From NCBI GenBank assembly GCA_965287045.1, contig OZ336876.1, positions 82,460,001 to 82,524,000 on the forward strand: a stretch of 64,000 nt of DNA, given 5' to 3'. The position numbers and the translations under genes were made by a program. Shown piece after piece: positions 37,560 to 51,249 of the stretch. A model generated the notes under the pieces. The model worked only from the letters and a program-made list of their open reading frames with translations, searched no databases and was not told where the DNA came from. Source of the DNA: Carcharhinus amblyrhynchos (taxonomy: Eukaryota). How positions within the stretch are numbered: the first letter of the stretch is position 1; each line of letters starts with the position of its first letter.

Positions 37560-37934
37560 ATGGCCAGGACCAAACAGCTCGCAAGTCCACCGGAGGCGAA
37601 GCCCCCCCGCAAGCAGCGCCCTGGTGACCAGCGACGTGAAGAATCCTCACGCCCCTGCACTGTAGCCCTGCGGAAGATCTGCCGCTACCAGAAGTCCACT
37701 GAGCTGTTGATTCGCAAACTGACTTTTCAGTGCCTGGTGCGGGAGATGGCCCAGAATTTCAAGAATAACTTGTGCTTCCAGAGGTCAGCCATCATAGCCT
37801 TGCAGGAGGCCAGTGAGGCTTACCTGGTGGGGCTCTTAAAGGACACCAACCTGTGCGCCATTCACGCCAAGCGGGTCACCACCATGCTGAAGGACGTTCA
37901 CCTGGCCTGCTGCATCCGTGGGGAGCATGCCTGA
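37560..37934 (+). pseudogene. H3: Histone H3 pseudogene (isolated; canonical H3.2-like ancestry)
   Basis: MARTKQ start; [53 protein letters not shown]. Frameshifts and a deletion in the N-terminal tail, many CpG-type substitutions (R>C, R>H), no intron, no 3' stem-loop. Confidence 0.95.
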
Positions 37935-38069
37935 ATCTGATGTTAGCTGCATAGAAATAACAAAATGTGCTGTGGTGGGGGAGGGAAAATTGAGTGTTTC
38001 CTGCTGCGGAACCTGGCAAGAAAACATTCTAATCTTCTAACTCAGCTTCATTAATTATGTACCCAGGTG

Positions 38070-39380
38070 TTTGATGCTGTATTCCATGGCTGGGCAGGCC
38101 TGGATGGTATGTAATCTGCCATTGTCTAGGTGCCAAATTGAAAAGGAGCTGCATTCATCCAGGCAAGGAGGAAGTATTCTATTACACTCCTGATGTGCCT
38201 AGTAGATGGTGCACAAGCTTTGGGGATGGGGGTGGGGGTCAGCAGGTGATTTGCCCTCGCCATAAGATTCCTAACCTTTGACCAGCTTTGGCAGCCATAG
38301 TATTTATATGGCTGGTTTAGTTTCTGCTCAGTGGCAATGTGCAGGATGTTGATAGTGGGAAATTCAGCAATGGTAATGTAATTGAATGTCTGACGTGGTG
38401 ATCATATCCTCTCTTGTTGGAGATGGTCGTTGCCTAACACTTGTGTGATGCTAATGTTCCTTGCTACTTGTTAGCCTAAGCCTGTGTATTGCTTTATTTG
38501 GACATGGATTTCTGCAGTATGTGAGGAGCTGTGAATGGTGCTGAAAATTGTGCAGTCATTTGTGACCATCCCCATTTCTGACATGATAGAAGTGAGGTCA
38601 TTGAAGCAGTTGAAATTGATTGGGCCTTGGATGTGACTGTGAGGAACTCCTGCATTGATGTCCTGGAGCTGAGATGATTGACCCCCAATCATGACAGCCA
38701 GCATCCTTATGCCAGTTACGATCTCAGCCAGTGGAGGATTCTCATTAACCTCAGTTTAGCTAGGGCCCCTTGAGGCCACACATGGTCAAATGCTGCCTTT
38801 ATGTTGAGGGCAGTCGCTCTTGCCTCATCTTTGGCATTCAGGTCTTTTTGTCTATGTTTTGAGCAGAACGAGATCAGGAGCTGAGTGGCCCTGGCATAAC
38901 TGAAGATGAGCATCCGTGAGCAGGTTTATTGCTAAGTGCTGCTTAATAGCACTGTTCATGGTCCCCTCTGCCATTTGAATGGGGCAGTAATTGGCTGGGT
39001 TCTTGTTTCTTGCATACAGGACATAGCTGGGCAATTTTCCATTTTTCCAAGTAGATGCAAGTGTTCTGGCTGTACAGGAACAGCTTAGCTAGGGGCACGT
39101 GGCAAATTCTGGAGCACTTCAGGATTATTGCTGTAATATTGTCAGGGAGCATATTCTTTGTAGTATCCAGTGCCTTGAGCCATTTCTTGATGTTATGTGG
39201 AGTGAATTGAATTGGCTGAAGATTGATGTCTGTGATGCTGGGGACCTCCAGAGGAGGCCAAGATGGATCATCCACTAAGTACTTCTGGCTGAAGTTTGTT
39301 GAGAATGTGCTAGGCTCCTCCATCACTTAGGGTGGGGATATTCATGGAGCCTCCCCCTCTAATGTGGTGTTTTAATTGTG
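38070..39380 (-). mobile_element. Family-B CR1/L2-like LINE RT region
   Basis: NPANYCPI, LNIKAAFDHVW, AGVPHSHIQGP and IKKWLKALDTTK peptides. Confidence 0.85.
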
Positions 39381-40139
39381 TGTAAAACAAGTATTTTGGC
39401 CAATCCTGTCAGTTTTCTGACCAGGTGGTCTGGGTTGACATTGCCCCCATTTTGCAGGTGTAAAATCAGTTCCATTGGATCCCATGGGGCTTCCCACTTG
39501 GCAAGTTGGATTAAAACTCCCACTTGGTTTCCTGAAGAAATAACTTTATTATCTTTACTTGAAAAGATAGATTCATTTGCAATATTTCAGGAAAAGTACA
39601 ATTAAAGAACCTATAGAAAGCTAATGAGTAATAATTAAGACATTGTCTTAATCATAGCTGATTTGATGTCTGACCAGCCATATTTTAGAATATCATAATT
39701 GAGATACACAATGGTGAAATCCCATATATGGTATAGTAAATTACAGCATAGAAGGAAGCCATTTGGTTCATCAAGTCTTTTTTGAAGATTCATCTAGTTA
39801 ATCCCATTACTTGTTCTTCCTCATATCCCTGCAATTATTTCTGCTTGCAATGCTTAGTTGGAACCCTCTGCCTTTCCAAAGTCCTTTCTCTTCTCTTTGG
39901 TAGAGCAAACATGATGGACTGATCTACTTCTGTGTTTTATGGTTTAGTCAACTATAAAATATAAGGATGCCAAGAAAACAGGGAAAGAATATCCTCCTCT
40001 TTTTGATCTTTGGAATCTTTGTGCACTCTTAGTGGACCTGAAATGTGAATCAGAGTGCAAGAGGTAAATCCAATTCCAAACAAAATGGTATTTATGATTT
40101 ACTATCTTTGTGCCTGGCGTTTTAAAAATAAAATTAGGC

Positions 40140-40400
40140 CAGGGTGGCACAGTGGTTAACGCTGCAGCCTCTCAACCCCCCAAGCCAGAGACCTGGGTTC
40201 AATTCTGGCCTTGGGTCACTGTCTCTGTGGAGTTTGTTTGTTGTTCCTGTGTCTGTGTGGGCTTGCTCTGGTTTTCACCCACAGTCCAAAGATGTGCAAA
40301 TTAAGTTGTTGAGCCATGCTAAATTGTCCTTTAGTGTTCCAAGATTTGTAGGTTAGAAGGATTACTGGGGTAAATGTGTGGGGTTTATGGGGATGATTTT
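40140..40400 (+). mobile_element. V-SINE (HE1-like)
   Basis: gtggcacagtggttaac A-box, ggttcaattc B-box, V-domain cccacagtccaaagatgtgc. Confidence 0.85.
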
Positions 40401-43044
40401 GAACCATAGCAATCTCTATATTACTGAGCAGCAACGTTTTGAACCTCTTCAAATAAATTGGTGCTAGTTTTTTGAACTTTGGTTATGTAAACAAACAACA
40501 TTAGAATAAAAGGGGACAAACATAGTTTGTATCTAACATTTTGGAAGAATGCTCCCAAGGGTTTTCCCACATGAAAATGGCAAATTTTACAAGTGATTTT
40601 GTTGGCTTGAATTCCTAGTTATGACCTTGTGTAATTAATTGAACTCAATTAGTGGATCATGATAAAGTTTAATCTCTTGTGCATTGTTTGGGGACTTTTG
40701 TGTAATTAATTATTATAGAAATTTCCAAGTGATTTACAATTCTTTGATTATTCATTCCTATTGCTTGATGTGCAGCGATGTGGAACAGCAAATGGACTAG
40801 CAACTGCAGGCAGTTTACAGAATGTCTTAACAGCTGCTGCTGTCTTTGAAACAGAAAAATGATTGGATTCAGAGGGAATTGCATTGAAGTTTGTTTTATT
40901 CACTTATTGGATGCAGGATCTTTGGTAAAGCCAGCATTCATTGTTCATCACCTTTTGGCAAGGTGCTGGTGAGCTGCTGCTACCTTGACAACTAAGTGGC
41001 TTGCTAGGCCTTTTCAGAGGGCTGTTGAGAGGCCACATTGTCTTCTCAGGTGCATCATTTGTGGCTGTCTTCAGTGGGCTATAATGTAGGAGTTCCCCAT
41101 TCATCCTCACAGTTGTAGCATTTACATTGTGGAGAGAGCTTAAAAAGTTAATTATTCAGTGAGTCTCAAACTCTAATTTTTTTTTAGATTTCTTCTATAG
41201 TTGCTGTTTTAAATTTCTGTCACAAATGAGATTTGAAATGCAAGTATAGCAAATTAAATTTAAAGATGCCAGAGAAGCAACCCAATAAAACTCAAGACTT
41301 CCAAATGATTATCTGACCTTTTCCCCAGCTGTCATTTTTTTCTTCCTCTTCAAACATGGACTCATTTTTGCATGCTCCAAAATGGAGCTATTGTAGTTTT
41401 GTAGTGTTGCATTCAAAGGGGCTGCTTTCACCTTCTATACACATTGAAACTATTTGACTTGCACATAAATCAGTATTGCTCAGGATTTGGTTTTGTGACT
41501 AGTTTGGAAATCATTTAATCATACACTGTTATAAATAACTTGGCGATTTTACTTTGACAATCATTGTATTTGGTGTGCTTACTACTTTGCAACTCTAAAT
41601 TCCTTATTCATCTTCCTGACCTTTTGAACTGCTTTCAGTGGAGAATTTATATAGTTCAAATGGGGGAAGAGGGAGGGCAAATTGAATTGTCATTTTGGGA
41701 GATGATCTTCTTGCTGACTTAAGTTTGTGATTTTTCCTGAGTACGAAAGGAGTGTTATTTCCTCCAGAGTCACATATGGGGAAACGTGTCAATGATCAAA
41801 CTTGTTTTGAACTCTAGTGATGGTTACAACATTTTTTTAGAATTGACTGGTTAACTTTTCAGATGTTGTCTTGATTTCTAACTGTGAATGAACTTTGCAA
41901 GCAGTGACCAGTAAAATTTGGCTCATTGTTATAGAAGAGCACGTTATTTCCAGCTGCTGACTTGTGAAATGAGCAGAGGACTTGCAATTTAATCAGCGAT
42001 GCAAACCTCTTGACTAATTAGGCTGATGCCCCTTCAATATTTTAACCATTGGCAAAATTATGAATGGAAGTTGAGAATGTAGTTAAGATCACCAAGGATT
42101 ATTTGTTTAAAAGTTGCAAAACATCATCCTCCAACAATTCTTGTTGCAAATTTTACTTCAATCAGTAATGATAACACTTGCATAGGAAAGTCAGAAGGGT
42201 ACTTCCCAGTCAGGGACAAAGAATATTGAAGACTTATCGCATTTGTTGGAATATCGCATCAAATTGAAACTTATAACAAAATTTCGGTGCAAGCAGGTCA
42301 CTTAATTAAACACATTTAATTAAGATACTATGGGAGAGCTATAAAAAGCTGATTAGAAAATGCAAAGCAGAGCAATTGGTTGCTGAGCAACAAACAGGTA
42401 TGGCAATAGAAAGGCTTTGTTGTAGGTTCATCAGTAGTAAGTTAGGCAAAGTAGTGTTCCTGCTTGAGCTCAATGGATCTTTAGTTCACTGAAAATTTTC
42501 TCTCTCTCCTGCTGCAGTAACTGCAGTGAGAAGAATTTCAGCCTAAGTATCTGAGTTCAGCTTTCAGAGGAGGTGTATAACCTAGAAGCTATTATATGGG
42601 ATAAATCAATATTTACTTGGAATTATTTGAGAAACCTAAAGGAATGAATTGATTTAATACTAGGTCTCGTGCAACTGAATTTTGAGGAACTACTTGAAGA
42701 TGCTGATTAGGAGCCATGTTAAAATTTAAGGCATGCTATTGAAGGATGGAAAATAAATCTGTTTTTCTTCCTCATCCATCCTTGATTCTTTGTCTTTCAC
42801 CCCTTTCTCTGGATTTTCTTTGTTTTTTCTCACTTTTCTCTTACTCCTCCCTTTCATCTGCCCACACATGCTGCCCCCAGTTGCCCAATTTCTCCTGTAT
42901 GAAAGAATGAGTCGGATATATTCATTCACATTAGATATTTGACACAGAAACAGCTTGATTGGCCCATGGTAGTATTTATACTTCTCTTGAGCCTTCATCA
43001 CAACCATCTCTTCCTTGAATTTGTCTGATTTCCCCATAACTGTA

Positions 43045-43350
43045 TGAGCTTTATAGCACCAAAAAAGACACCCTTCGGCCCATGTCTGCACTGGCCATCA
43101 AGCACCTATCTGTTTTAATCCCATTTTCCAGCGCTTGGTCTGTTGCCTTGCACACGTGTTTTAAATGTTCATCTAAATGCTTCTTAAATGTTGTGACGAT
43201 TCCTGTCTCTGCCATCTTTTTAGGCAGCGACTTACAGATTCCTACTGCCCTCTGGGTGAAAAGGTTTTCCTAAAATCCCTTCTAAATCTCCTGTTCCTTG
43301 CCTTAAATCTATGCCCCCTACTTACTGATCTCTCTAAGGGGAAAAGTTTC
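43045..43350 (-). mobile_element. CR1 3' end
   Basis: cccttcggcccat..ccattttccagcgcttggtc..ctctgggtgaaaagg..ccttaaatctatgcccc is the reverse complement of a CR1 terminus. Confidence 0.8.
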
Positions 43351-43889
43351 ACTGACTTGGCCAGTGCCTACATTTTCACCATTCAAATATATTTCAAATC
43401 CCTAGTGAATTACTTGGTGATTACCTTATCCCACATGAGGGAACATTCTTGCTATGTCCACTCTCTCAATATCTTTTGAAATTTTTATGGCTTTTATTGA
43501 AAAAACACTGGTGGGTTACCTAATAAAGAAACCCATCCTATCAATTCTGACCTGATATGCATACCCCCATATTTCTGTTATCCTCGTATCTTCCTGTCAA
43601 CCTTATTCTCCTTTTTACAATATGGCAACCAGAGCTACATGTGACCTAACCCTCAATACAGGTTTAGCTCAATTTCCCTACTTCTCTAACCCTCTAGATT
43701 GTCCATCTCTTTTGGTCGCCTTTACCATAGCCAAGGAATGCATAGAAACATTAAAAACAGTCGGTGGCTGTTTAAAATTCACTGACAGAAATCAGAGTAG
43801 GTTGCTGCTGCTACTGGTCCTCTACTACAATTGGGTGTGTGCCTGCAAATGGCACATATGTGATGAATAGCACATGCAAACTATAATTT

Positions 43890-44045
43890 AAAAAAACTCA
43901 GCAATGCCTCTACTTTCTCAAGAGGCTAAGGAAATTTGGCATGCCTGCTATGACTCCAACTTTTACAGATGCACCATAGAAAGCATTCTTGGTGGAAGCA
44001 TGATAGCTTAGTATGGCTTCCACTCTTTTGGGGAAGACTACTGCA
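43890..44045 (+). mobile_element. Rex1/Babar-type LINE fragment
   Basis: QQCLYFLKRLRKFGM..NFYRCTIESIL..A*YG motif. Confidence 0.8.
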
Positions 44046-44239
44046 AAAAGACAATGGGAGTGGGGGGGAGGGGTTGTGGAATTCTCCCCATCTCTCGATT
44101 GGGTGACTTTTTTTTTGAACTGGGGCTCCTTATTTTGGACTCTCCCACAAAAGCAAACATCCTGTTCATATCCATGTCACCTGTTGCAGGCAACATCAGA
44201 TTTTCTGTTCCTCCAATTTGATTTGAAATAGTACTGATT

Positions 44240-44770
44240 TATAAAATGATGAATGGAAATTTGCAAATTGTACAGAGCTTGGAAAAGTAGTAGATAGTGA
44301 TTGTTCTTGACATCGCAATTAACAGGATGGTGAAGTGAGCAGAAACATGGTAGATGGAGTTCAGTATGAAGTGATACTAGAGCACCAGAAGAAAGATCAG
44401 TAAATTATAACTGAGATGACTCTCTAAAGGTGTAGATGAATAGAAAGACCTTGGTCTAATATGCATTGTGATGACAGGATAAGGTGATAACGTGATGAAA
44501 AAGCTTATGGTCACTTGAGTTTATAAATTGAACAATAGAATATAAAACCAAAGAGATCATGCTAAACTTTTATCAATCACTGATTTGGCCTCAGCTGGCT
44601 ATTGTGGCAAATTCTGGTCATAAAAAAAATTGTAAATACATTGGGATTGGGAAAATTAAAATGATTACCTAACATAACGGTTCAAGATGATAGGTTTTGA
44701 TGGACAAAAATTATTCCCTCTGATGTGGGCTAATAACTAGAGATCATAAATACAATAAATGCATAAAAAG
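44240..44770 (+). mobile_element. Highly decayed CR1 fragment
   Basis: W.MEFS..IEYKTKEIMLNFYQSLIWPQL remnants. Confidence 0.65.
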
Positions 44771-45024
44771 GTCTCGAAGGGACCAGAGGCCTTGCTGAGT
44801 TGTCAGGATTTGAAATGCTTTGGAAGCTGATAGTTAATTTCAGAAGGAGCAAGTACTTGGGGTGATATGGACAAAAAAAACTGGCCAGGTACCACTCACC
44901 AACACTGGCATAATGTACCAGATTACTTGCTTTAGGCTTTTCTGCCATGGAAGTTTTAATTGAGACGAGATTCAGTTGACATTTTAGAAGGTGAAGGCAC
45001 ATGGGATCAGAGGTAAGCTGGCAA

Positions 45025-45985
45025 GGTAGATACAAACTGGCTCAGTCAAAGACAACAGACGGTAGCAGTGGAAGGGTGCGTTTCTGAATGGAAAAGTGGA
45101 GTTCCTCAGGGATCAGTGCTGGGACCTTTTGCTGTTTGTAATATAAATGATTTGGAGGGAAATGTAACTGGTTTGATTAGTAAGTTTGCGGATGACATAA
45201 GTTGGTGGATTTGTGGATAGTGATGAGGACCATCAGAAGATATAGCAGGATATCGATTGGTTGAAGAGATGGCAGATCTAATACAGACAGGAAATATACA
45301 GTAAATGGCAGAGCCCTTCAGAGTATTGATGGGCAAAAGGATCTGAATGTACTAGTACACAGGTCACTGAAAATGGCAATGTAGGTGGAGAAGGTAGTCA
45401 AGAAGGCAGGTGGCATGCTTGCCTTCAGCCAGGGCATTGAGTTTAAAAATTGGCAAATCATGTTGCAGTTTTATAGAACCTTAGTTAGGCCACACTTAGA
45501 ATATAGTGTTCAATTCTGGTAGCTGCATGATCAGAAGGATGTGGAGGCTTTGGAGAAGGTACAGAAAAGATTTACCAGGATGTTGCCTATTATAGAGGGC
45601 ATTAGCTGTGGAGGAGAGGTTGGAGAAACTTGGTTTGTTCTCATTTTAACAATGGAGGTTGAGGGGTGACCTGATAGAAGTCTACAAGTTTTATGGGGGG
45701 GCGTGGACAGAGTGAATAGTCCAAAGCCTTTTCCCAGAGTGGAATACCTAATTACTAGGGGGCACAGATTTAAGGTGTGAGGGGCAAGTTTTAAAGGAGA
45801 TGTACAAGGCAGATTTTTAAGAGGGTGGTGAGTGCCTGGAACTCGTTGGGGGAGGTAGCGGAAACGGATACAGTGACTTTTGAGGGGTGTCTTGACAAAT
45901 ACACGAATAGTTAAGTCGGGCAGCATGGTCGGTGCAAGGCTTGGAGGGCCAAAGGGCCTGTTCCAGTGCTGTAATTTTCTTTGTT
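45025..45985 (+). mobile_element. CR1 RT to 3' end
   Basis: SGVPQGSVLGP, SKFADD and LVRPHLEYSVQFW; 3' UTR gggccaaagggcctgttccagtgctgtaa. Confidence 0.92.
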
Positions 45986-46164
45986 CTTTGATTTGACATC
46001 GGTAACCTATTGTGAGTAGAGTTCTAGATTCTACAACTTTATTGGATGAAGGAATGTTTCTGATTTTCACTTAAATGTACTAACTGTAAGATTATGCCTG
46101 CTTATTCCAGGTCCCCATTAGAAAAGATCTTTGGCGCACATCTTATTAAATTTCTTTAATTTTT

Positions 46165-46626
46165 TAAATTTGATTTACTATTGTCACGTTATTAGAGAGT
46201 GAAAAGTGGTGTTTCTTGAGTGCTGTACAGACCAGCATACCATTTGTAGAGAAGGAAAGGAGAGTATAGTGTTAGTCATAGCTAGGGTGTAGAGAAAGCT
46301 CAACTTAATGCAAGGTAGGTCCATTCAAAAGTCTGGCAGCAGAGAAGAAGCTGTTCTTGAGTTGGTTGGTATGTGACCTCTAACGTTTTTGAATGTTTTT
46401 GCTGATGGAGAAGGTGGAAGAGAGACTGGGGTGTGTGGAGTCCTCAATTATGCTGGCTGCTCCACTGAAGCAGCGGGAAGTGTAGACAGTCAACGAATGG
46501 GAGACTGGTTTGCGAGATGGATTGGGCTACATTCACAACCCTTTGTAGTTTCCTGCGGTCTTGGGCAGAGCAGGAGCCATACCAAGCTGTGATACAATCA
46601 GAAAGAATACTTTCTATGGTGAATCT
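46165..46626 (-). mobile_element. Rex1/Babar-type LINE 3' end
   Basis: Minus strand reads IESILSDCITAWYGSCSAQDRRKLQRVV.VAQSI..KNSFF; same family as 43890-44045. Confidence 0.82.
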
Positions 46627-46914
46627 TGTCTCTATGGCTCCCTACTGAGTTATCCAAATCATTAGTAATTCCAAAAGGATAGCTGAGACCATGAAGGCAC
46701 TCGAAGGAGACTATACGAACAGACTCGAGACAATTGTGGTATGTCTATAGAAGTGGAAGGGATTGAGGGATACAGAGAAATGATAGTAGTAAAAGGACAT
46801 AACTTGTTGATTGTAACAGCTTTTCCTTGTTTAAAATTTCTGATTTTGTATGTTCTACTTTGAGACCTTTTTTTAAAGAATTGTCCTTTTGTGTAATTGC
46901 TAATTGACTAGATT

Positions 46915-47260
46915 TGCAGTCACTGAAGTACTTTTTTTGGAAAGGGCTATTATCATCGTAATGAAGGCACCTGGCAACTGACGTGCACAGCAAGATGTCA
47001 CAAATAATCAGATCTGTTTTAGTAATATTTCTGAGGGACAAATATTGGCTAGGACACTGGAAAGAATTCTTTAGTTCTTGAAAAAATGGCACCATGGGAC
47101 CAAAGTCTTGGTTCACCATCTTATCTGAAAGACAGTGTGACAGACATGCAGCACTCCCTCAGTTTGGCTCTGAAGCTTCATTCTGGATTGTTAACTCCCT
47201 GGAGTAGGCTGGAACCACAACTTTTTGACTTGAAAGTGAAAGTACAACTACTAAGCAACA
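46915..47260 (-). mobile_element. Deu-type SINE
   Basis: tgaagtacttt..gcacagcaagat..gagggacaaatattggctaggacac..ccatggga..tgaaagac..tgcagcactccctcag core, with tRNA-like head at right. Confidence 0.75.
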
Positions 47261-47659
47261 GTAACATAAAATCAGGAAGAAGTGGAATGAAATGGCTTCA
47301 AAGACAAATTTCAGCACTTTTTTTGTTGCCTTGCTGAATCTTGTTGTGTGAAAACAGATTGTGTCATATCTGCCCAACAATGACAGCACTTCCAAGCCTA
47401 ACTCTTGTGAATTGGATATCTGATGCTAGCTATATTTGGATTGCATTGATGCATTTTTCCAGTACAATTGTCTTTTTTCTGTAATATCAGAGCTACATAC
47501 AGTATTCCAGGTATTAATTTACGATTTTGCTGAGTTCATGGCAATGTTATGATGCCATCAAGGAATGGCTACAAAGGGGGCATGAAGTGAACACCCAAGA
47601 TAAGATGAATCATTAATTTTGCTTAAAATTAATGAATTAAAGGTAATTTATTGACCTAA

Positions 47660-47936
47660 AGTTTGTTTATTAATCACAAGTAGGCTTATATTCACACTGC
47701 AATGAAGCTACTGTGAAAATCCATGAGTTGCCACGCTTCAGCACCTATTTGGGTTCACTGAGGGAGAATTTAAAATGGCCAATTCATCATCTAACCTGCA
47801 CATCTTTGGACTGTGGGAGGAAATTGGAGCACCCTGAGGAAACCCATGCAGACTCCACACAGACAGTGACCCAAGCCAGAATTGAACCCAGGTCCCTAGT
47901 GCTGTGAGGCAGCAATGCTAATGACCGTGCCACCCT
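47660..47936 (-). mobile_element. V-SINE variant
   Basis: ctaacctgcacatctttggactgtgggaggaaattggagcaccctgaggaaacccatgcagac..gaattgaaccc. Confidence 0.85.
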
Positions 47937-47999
47937 TAGTTGAGTGGTAGAAGACCTGAAAACTGGTGTGTGCTTGAATTGGAAAGTGGTTGGCAGAGT

Positions 48000-49190
48000 C
48001 TTTGGGGTCTCGATTATCCTTTTGTAATTATTAATAATTTGAATAACTCAGAGCCATAGAGACAAGATTCAAGAATTAGAGAAAGTGGTGAAGACAGCAA
48101 CATAAAATTAAAAGCAATGTTGATAAATTTTAGTGAAGGGCAAAACTGTGATAAATGGATTTACAGATAAATGTGAGGTCATCTATTGATGACCAAAAAC
48201 AACAGATCCAATTATTTAACCGTTTAAAAAAAAAAGTAGGAACAATGGAGATCCAAATGGAATTGTAAGTTCATTTACACAGATGAGGAAATGCTGAAAT
48301 ACTCAGCAGTGAAGAGAGAAAGAGTTAATACTGCATGTCTGACTTTTTGACAAAAGTATCTACCTGCAATTTTAGCTCTTCTTTTCTCCAAATATGCTTC
48401 CAGATCTGTGTTTCCAGCATTGCATTACCTTTTTTTTTGTACTAAAATGTATTAATTAGCTGGGTAATAAAAGTCTAATGAAATGTTGGTTTACACAGGT
48501 TAAGTTTGTATTCCCTGGGATACAGTGTAGAAGATTAAAGGACGATTTTGGAAGGAATTTGTAGGAAGGAATTTTTTTTGGGGAAGGAGACATGACCTTA
48601 AAACCAGAATCTGTCTGTCAAGAGAGATGTAATGAAACATTCGTGATTGTGTGCCTCCGTCCCACAAAAGGCAATAGATGCAAGCTCAATTAATTTAAAA
48701 TAGCAAGGCTATAAAAGGATGTGGAGCCAAACTGTATGAATTGAGTGATGATGCAGATCAGTCATGATCTCTTAATGGTCTATTCCTACTCCTACATGTG
48801 CATAACACCATTGGTGTTGAGAAGAATGAGATTATCTTTTGAAACATACAGGATCTTGAGAGGACTTGATAGGGTAGATGGAGGGAGGCTGTTCCTAATT
48901 GTGGGAGAGACTAGAACCAAGTGTACAGTTTAGGAATAAAAGGGCTACCATTTGAGACAGATTAGGAGAAATATTTGCTCCTAAAAGATCATTGGTGGGT
49001 AGAATTCTCTGGAGGTTACATAATTGAATTCATTGAAGTCAGAATTAGGAAGTGTTTTGATTGGTGAAGGTAGTGGGAGGGTAGAATGCAAAGTGAAGTT
49101 CAGACCACAACCAGATCAGCCATGATCTTAATGCCAAAGCGGGCTTGAAGGTCTGAATGGCTTACCCCTCTTTAATTCTACATTCCTGTA
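48000..49190 (+). mobile_element. Several decayed CR1 fragments
   Basis: DKCEVI and RRMR..FETYRILRGLDRVD peptides; two 3' UTRs with gatcagccatgatct..gaatggc. Confidence 0.7.
48285..48430. mobile_element. Old PLE-derived inverted (hairpin) remnant, second family
   Basis: aaatgctgaaatactcagcag..gagagaaagagttaa opposed by ttagctcttcttttctcc..tttccagcatt; related pieces at ~3000-3042 and ~32330-32420. Confidence 0.5.
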
Positions 49191-49309
49191 TATAAGTGGG
49201 GCGAATGTTTTGATTAGGTTGTCCAGGGAGGAGGATGACTGTGATTAATGATATTGGTTGATGACTGTACTAGCTATTACACCAGTGAATTAATTAGGTA
49301 AATGAGACA

Positions 49310-49610
49310 GCAGCTCATTATGCACAGCAAGGTCCCACAACCTGTAGCTGAGATGACTGATCAGTTGATCTGTTTTCATTGAATGCTGGCTAGGAGACTG
49401 AATTCCCTGCTGCTCTTCCAGTAGGCACTTTGCCTATCTCAGTGAATAAAGATCCAAAGGGGCTGGCTGATGGCCTCTGGGATCTGTTGTATATCATGTG
49501 GAAGATAGCACTTCCAACAATGTAGCACACACTCATTATGCGTGTACATGCAAGCCTTAATTTAAAGTTAGAGAGTGGAATTTGAACATCCAGTTTCTGA
49601 TTTGACATTC
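49310..49610 (-). mobile_element. Deu-type SINE, degraded
   Basis: tgcacagcaaggtcccaca..gatctgtttt..ccctgctgctcttc core, as at 46915-47260. Confidence 0.6.
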
Positions 49611-49889
49611 CTGCAGACTGTCACCTGAATTTTGCAAAGGAATTGCTTGGCATTCATTGGGGAGAATCAATTTGAAAACCTCATGCAAGATGGATGGTGC
49701 TTTATATTCTTGAAAATGAAACTGTGGCCATAATAGGGGAACTTGTGGAGTTACGATTTTTAAAATTGATGAAAAGGCCCCTGACAATTACCCAACTTAT
49801 TTGATTAACAAAGAAACTGTTGAGCAAAAGGGTTTTGACTTCCAAAAATCATCCTCTTTTTTGCCATGTGCCGTCCTCCAAGGTTTCCT

Positions 49890-50492
49890 ATACAGCTATT
49901 TAGAGTGCAAGGGCAAAGAGGTTATGCTGAACTTGTACAAGACACTAGTTAGACCTCAGCTGGAATATTGTGCACAGTTCTGGGCACCACACCATATAGG
50001 GAGAATGTGAACCCATTGGAGTGCAGAAGAGGTTTACAAAATGATTCCAGGGATGAGAAACTTCAGTTGAGGATAGATTGGGGAGATTAGAACTGTTCTC
50101 GGAGAGGAGAAGGCTAAGAGGAGACTGATAAGATGCTCAAATTATGAGGGGGTTGAAGATAGTAGTTGGGAGAAACTGTTTCCACTTGTAAAAGGATCTC
50201 GGAATGAGGGGGCAGAGAAGAATCAAGATCAAGGGGACGCAGATTTTAAAGTGATTTGCAAAAGAAGCAAATGTGATTCTAAACTTTTTCATGCAGCAAG
50301 TGGTTCAGGTCTGAAATGCAATACCTGAAATTGTGATTGAGGCAGGTTCAACTGAAGAATTCAAGGGGGTTTTCGATTTGATTATTTAAACGGATACAGG
50401 GAAAAGGCATTAGACTATGATGCTTGTTTGGAGAGCCTGAGTAGATGTGGTGGACTGAATGATCCCTTTCTGCTGTGTAGCAATTCTGATTC
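49890..50492 (+). mobile_element. CR1 3' fragment
   Basis: KGKEVMLNLYKTLVRPQLEYCAQFWAPH; tail ttctgattctga. Confidence 0.88.
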
Positions 50493-51249
50493 TGAGCACT
50501 AATACTTTTGGACTACACTCTCACCAGCCATGTTGAAGTAAACCTAACATTGGAAAACTTGCGTCCTAACCTTTGGATAAATTGGAGCAATTTTCATTGC
50601 TCACTAAATTATTGACTTTTATTCTTGCTCATTGTGAATGTCAATTGTAAAAGAAATATGAATGCAATTTGCTACTGTCATGATTAATAGTTATATAAAT
50701 ATGTAAGACGTACTGCAATTGAGTCAACTATTCACCTTTTGCATTTTTATATTCTGACTGACTACTTGAATCATTAAAAAGTGCATGTAGGTCATGAATG
50801 GTGTAATGACCAAGGAATTGATGAACACCAAGAGGAGTAAATGGACAGGACTGAACGGTGACTATATATGTAGGGCAGTAATAAGAGAGCTCAAACTCAC
50901 TAACTCCCAGATTCCAACTGTCAAACATTTTCCCCTCTGCAGTTGATCCAGTGAGTCATGTGACTGCCCCCCCACCCCCAAAAACAACCCACTCCCCTCC
51001 TTAAAAGTGACCCAGATGGTTCATTGATTTCTTTATTATTTTGCTTGTGAATAAAACTGAAAAATATTTAAACATTTCACACAACAGCTTTGAATGTAAT
51101 TAGAGAAAAATACAATAATAATAGGTGGGGGGAGATTTTTATGACGGCCTTTCAAAGGTGAATTTAAAATTCTAATATTTTAGAGGGCTGAGGCTGTACA
51201 AAACACCTACAGTAATTCACAATGATTTAGAAAACAAAACATGGCTGCT

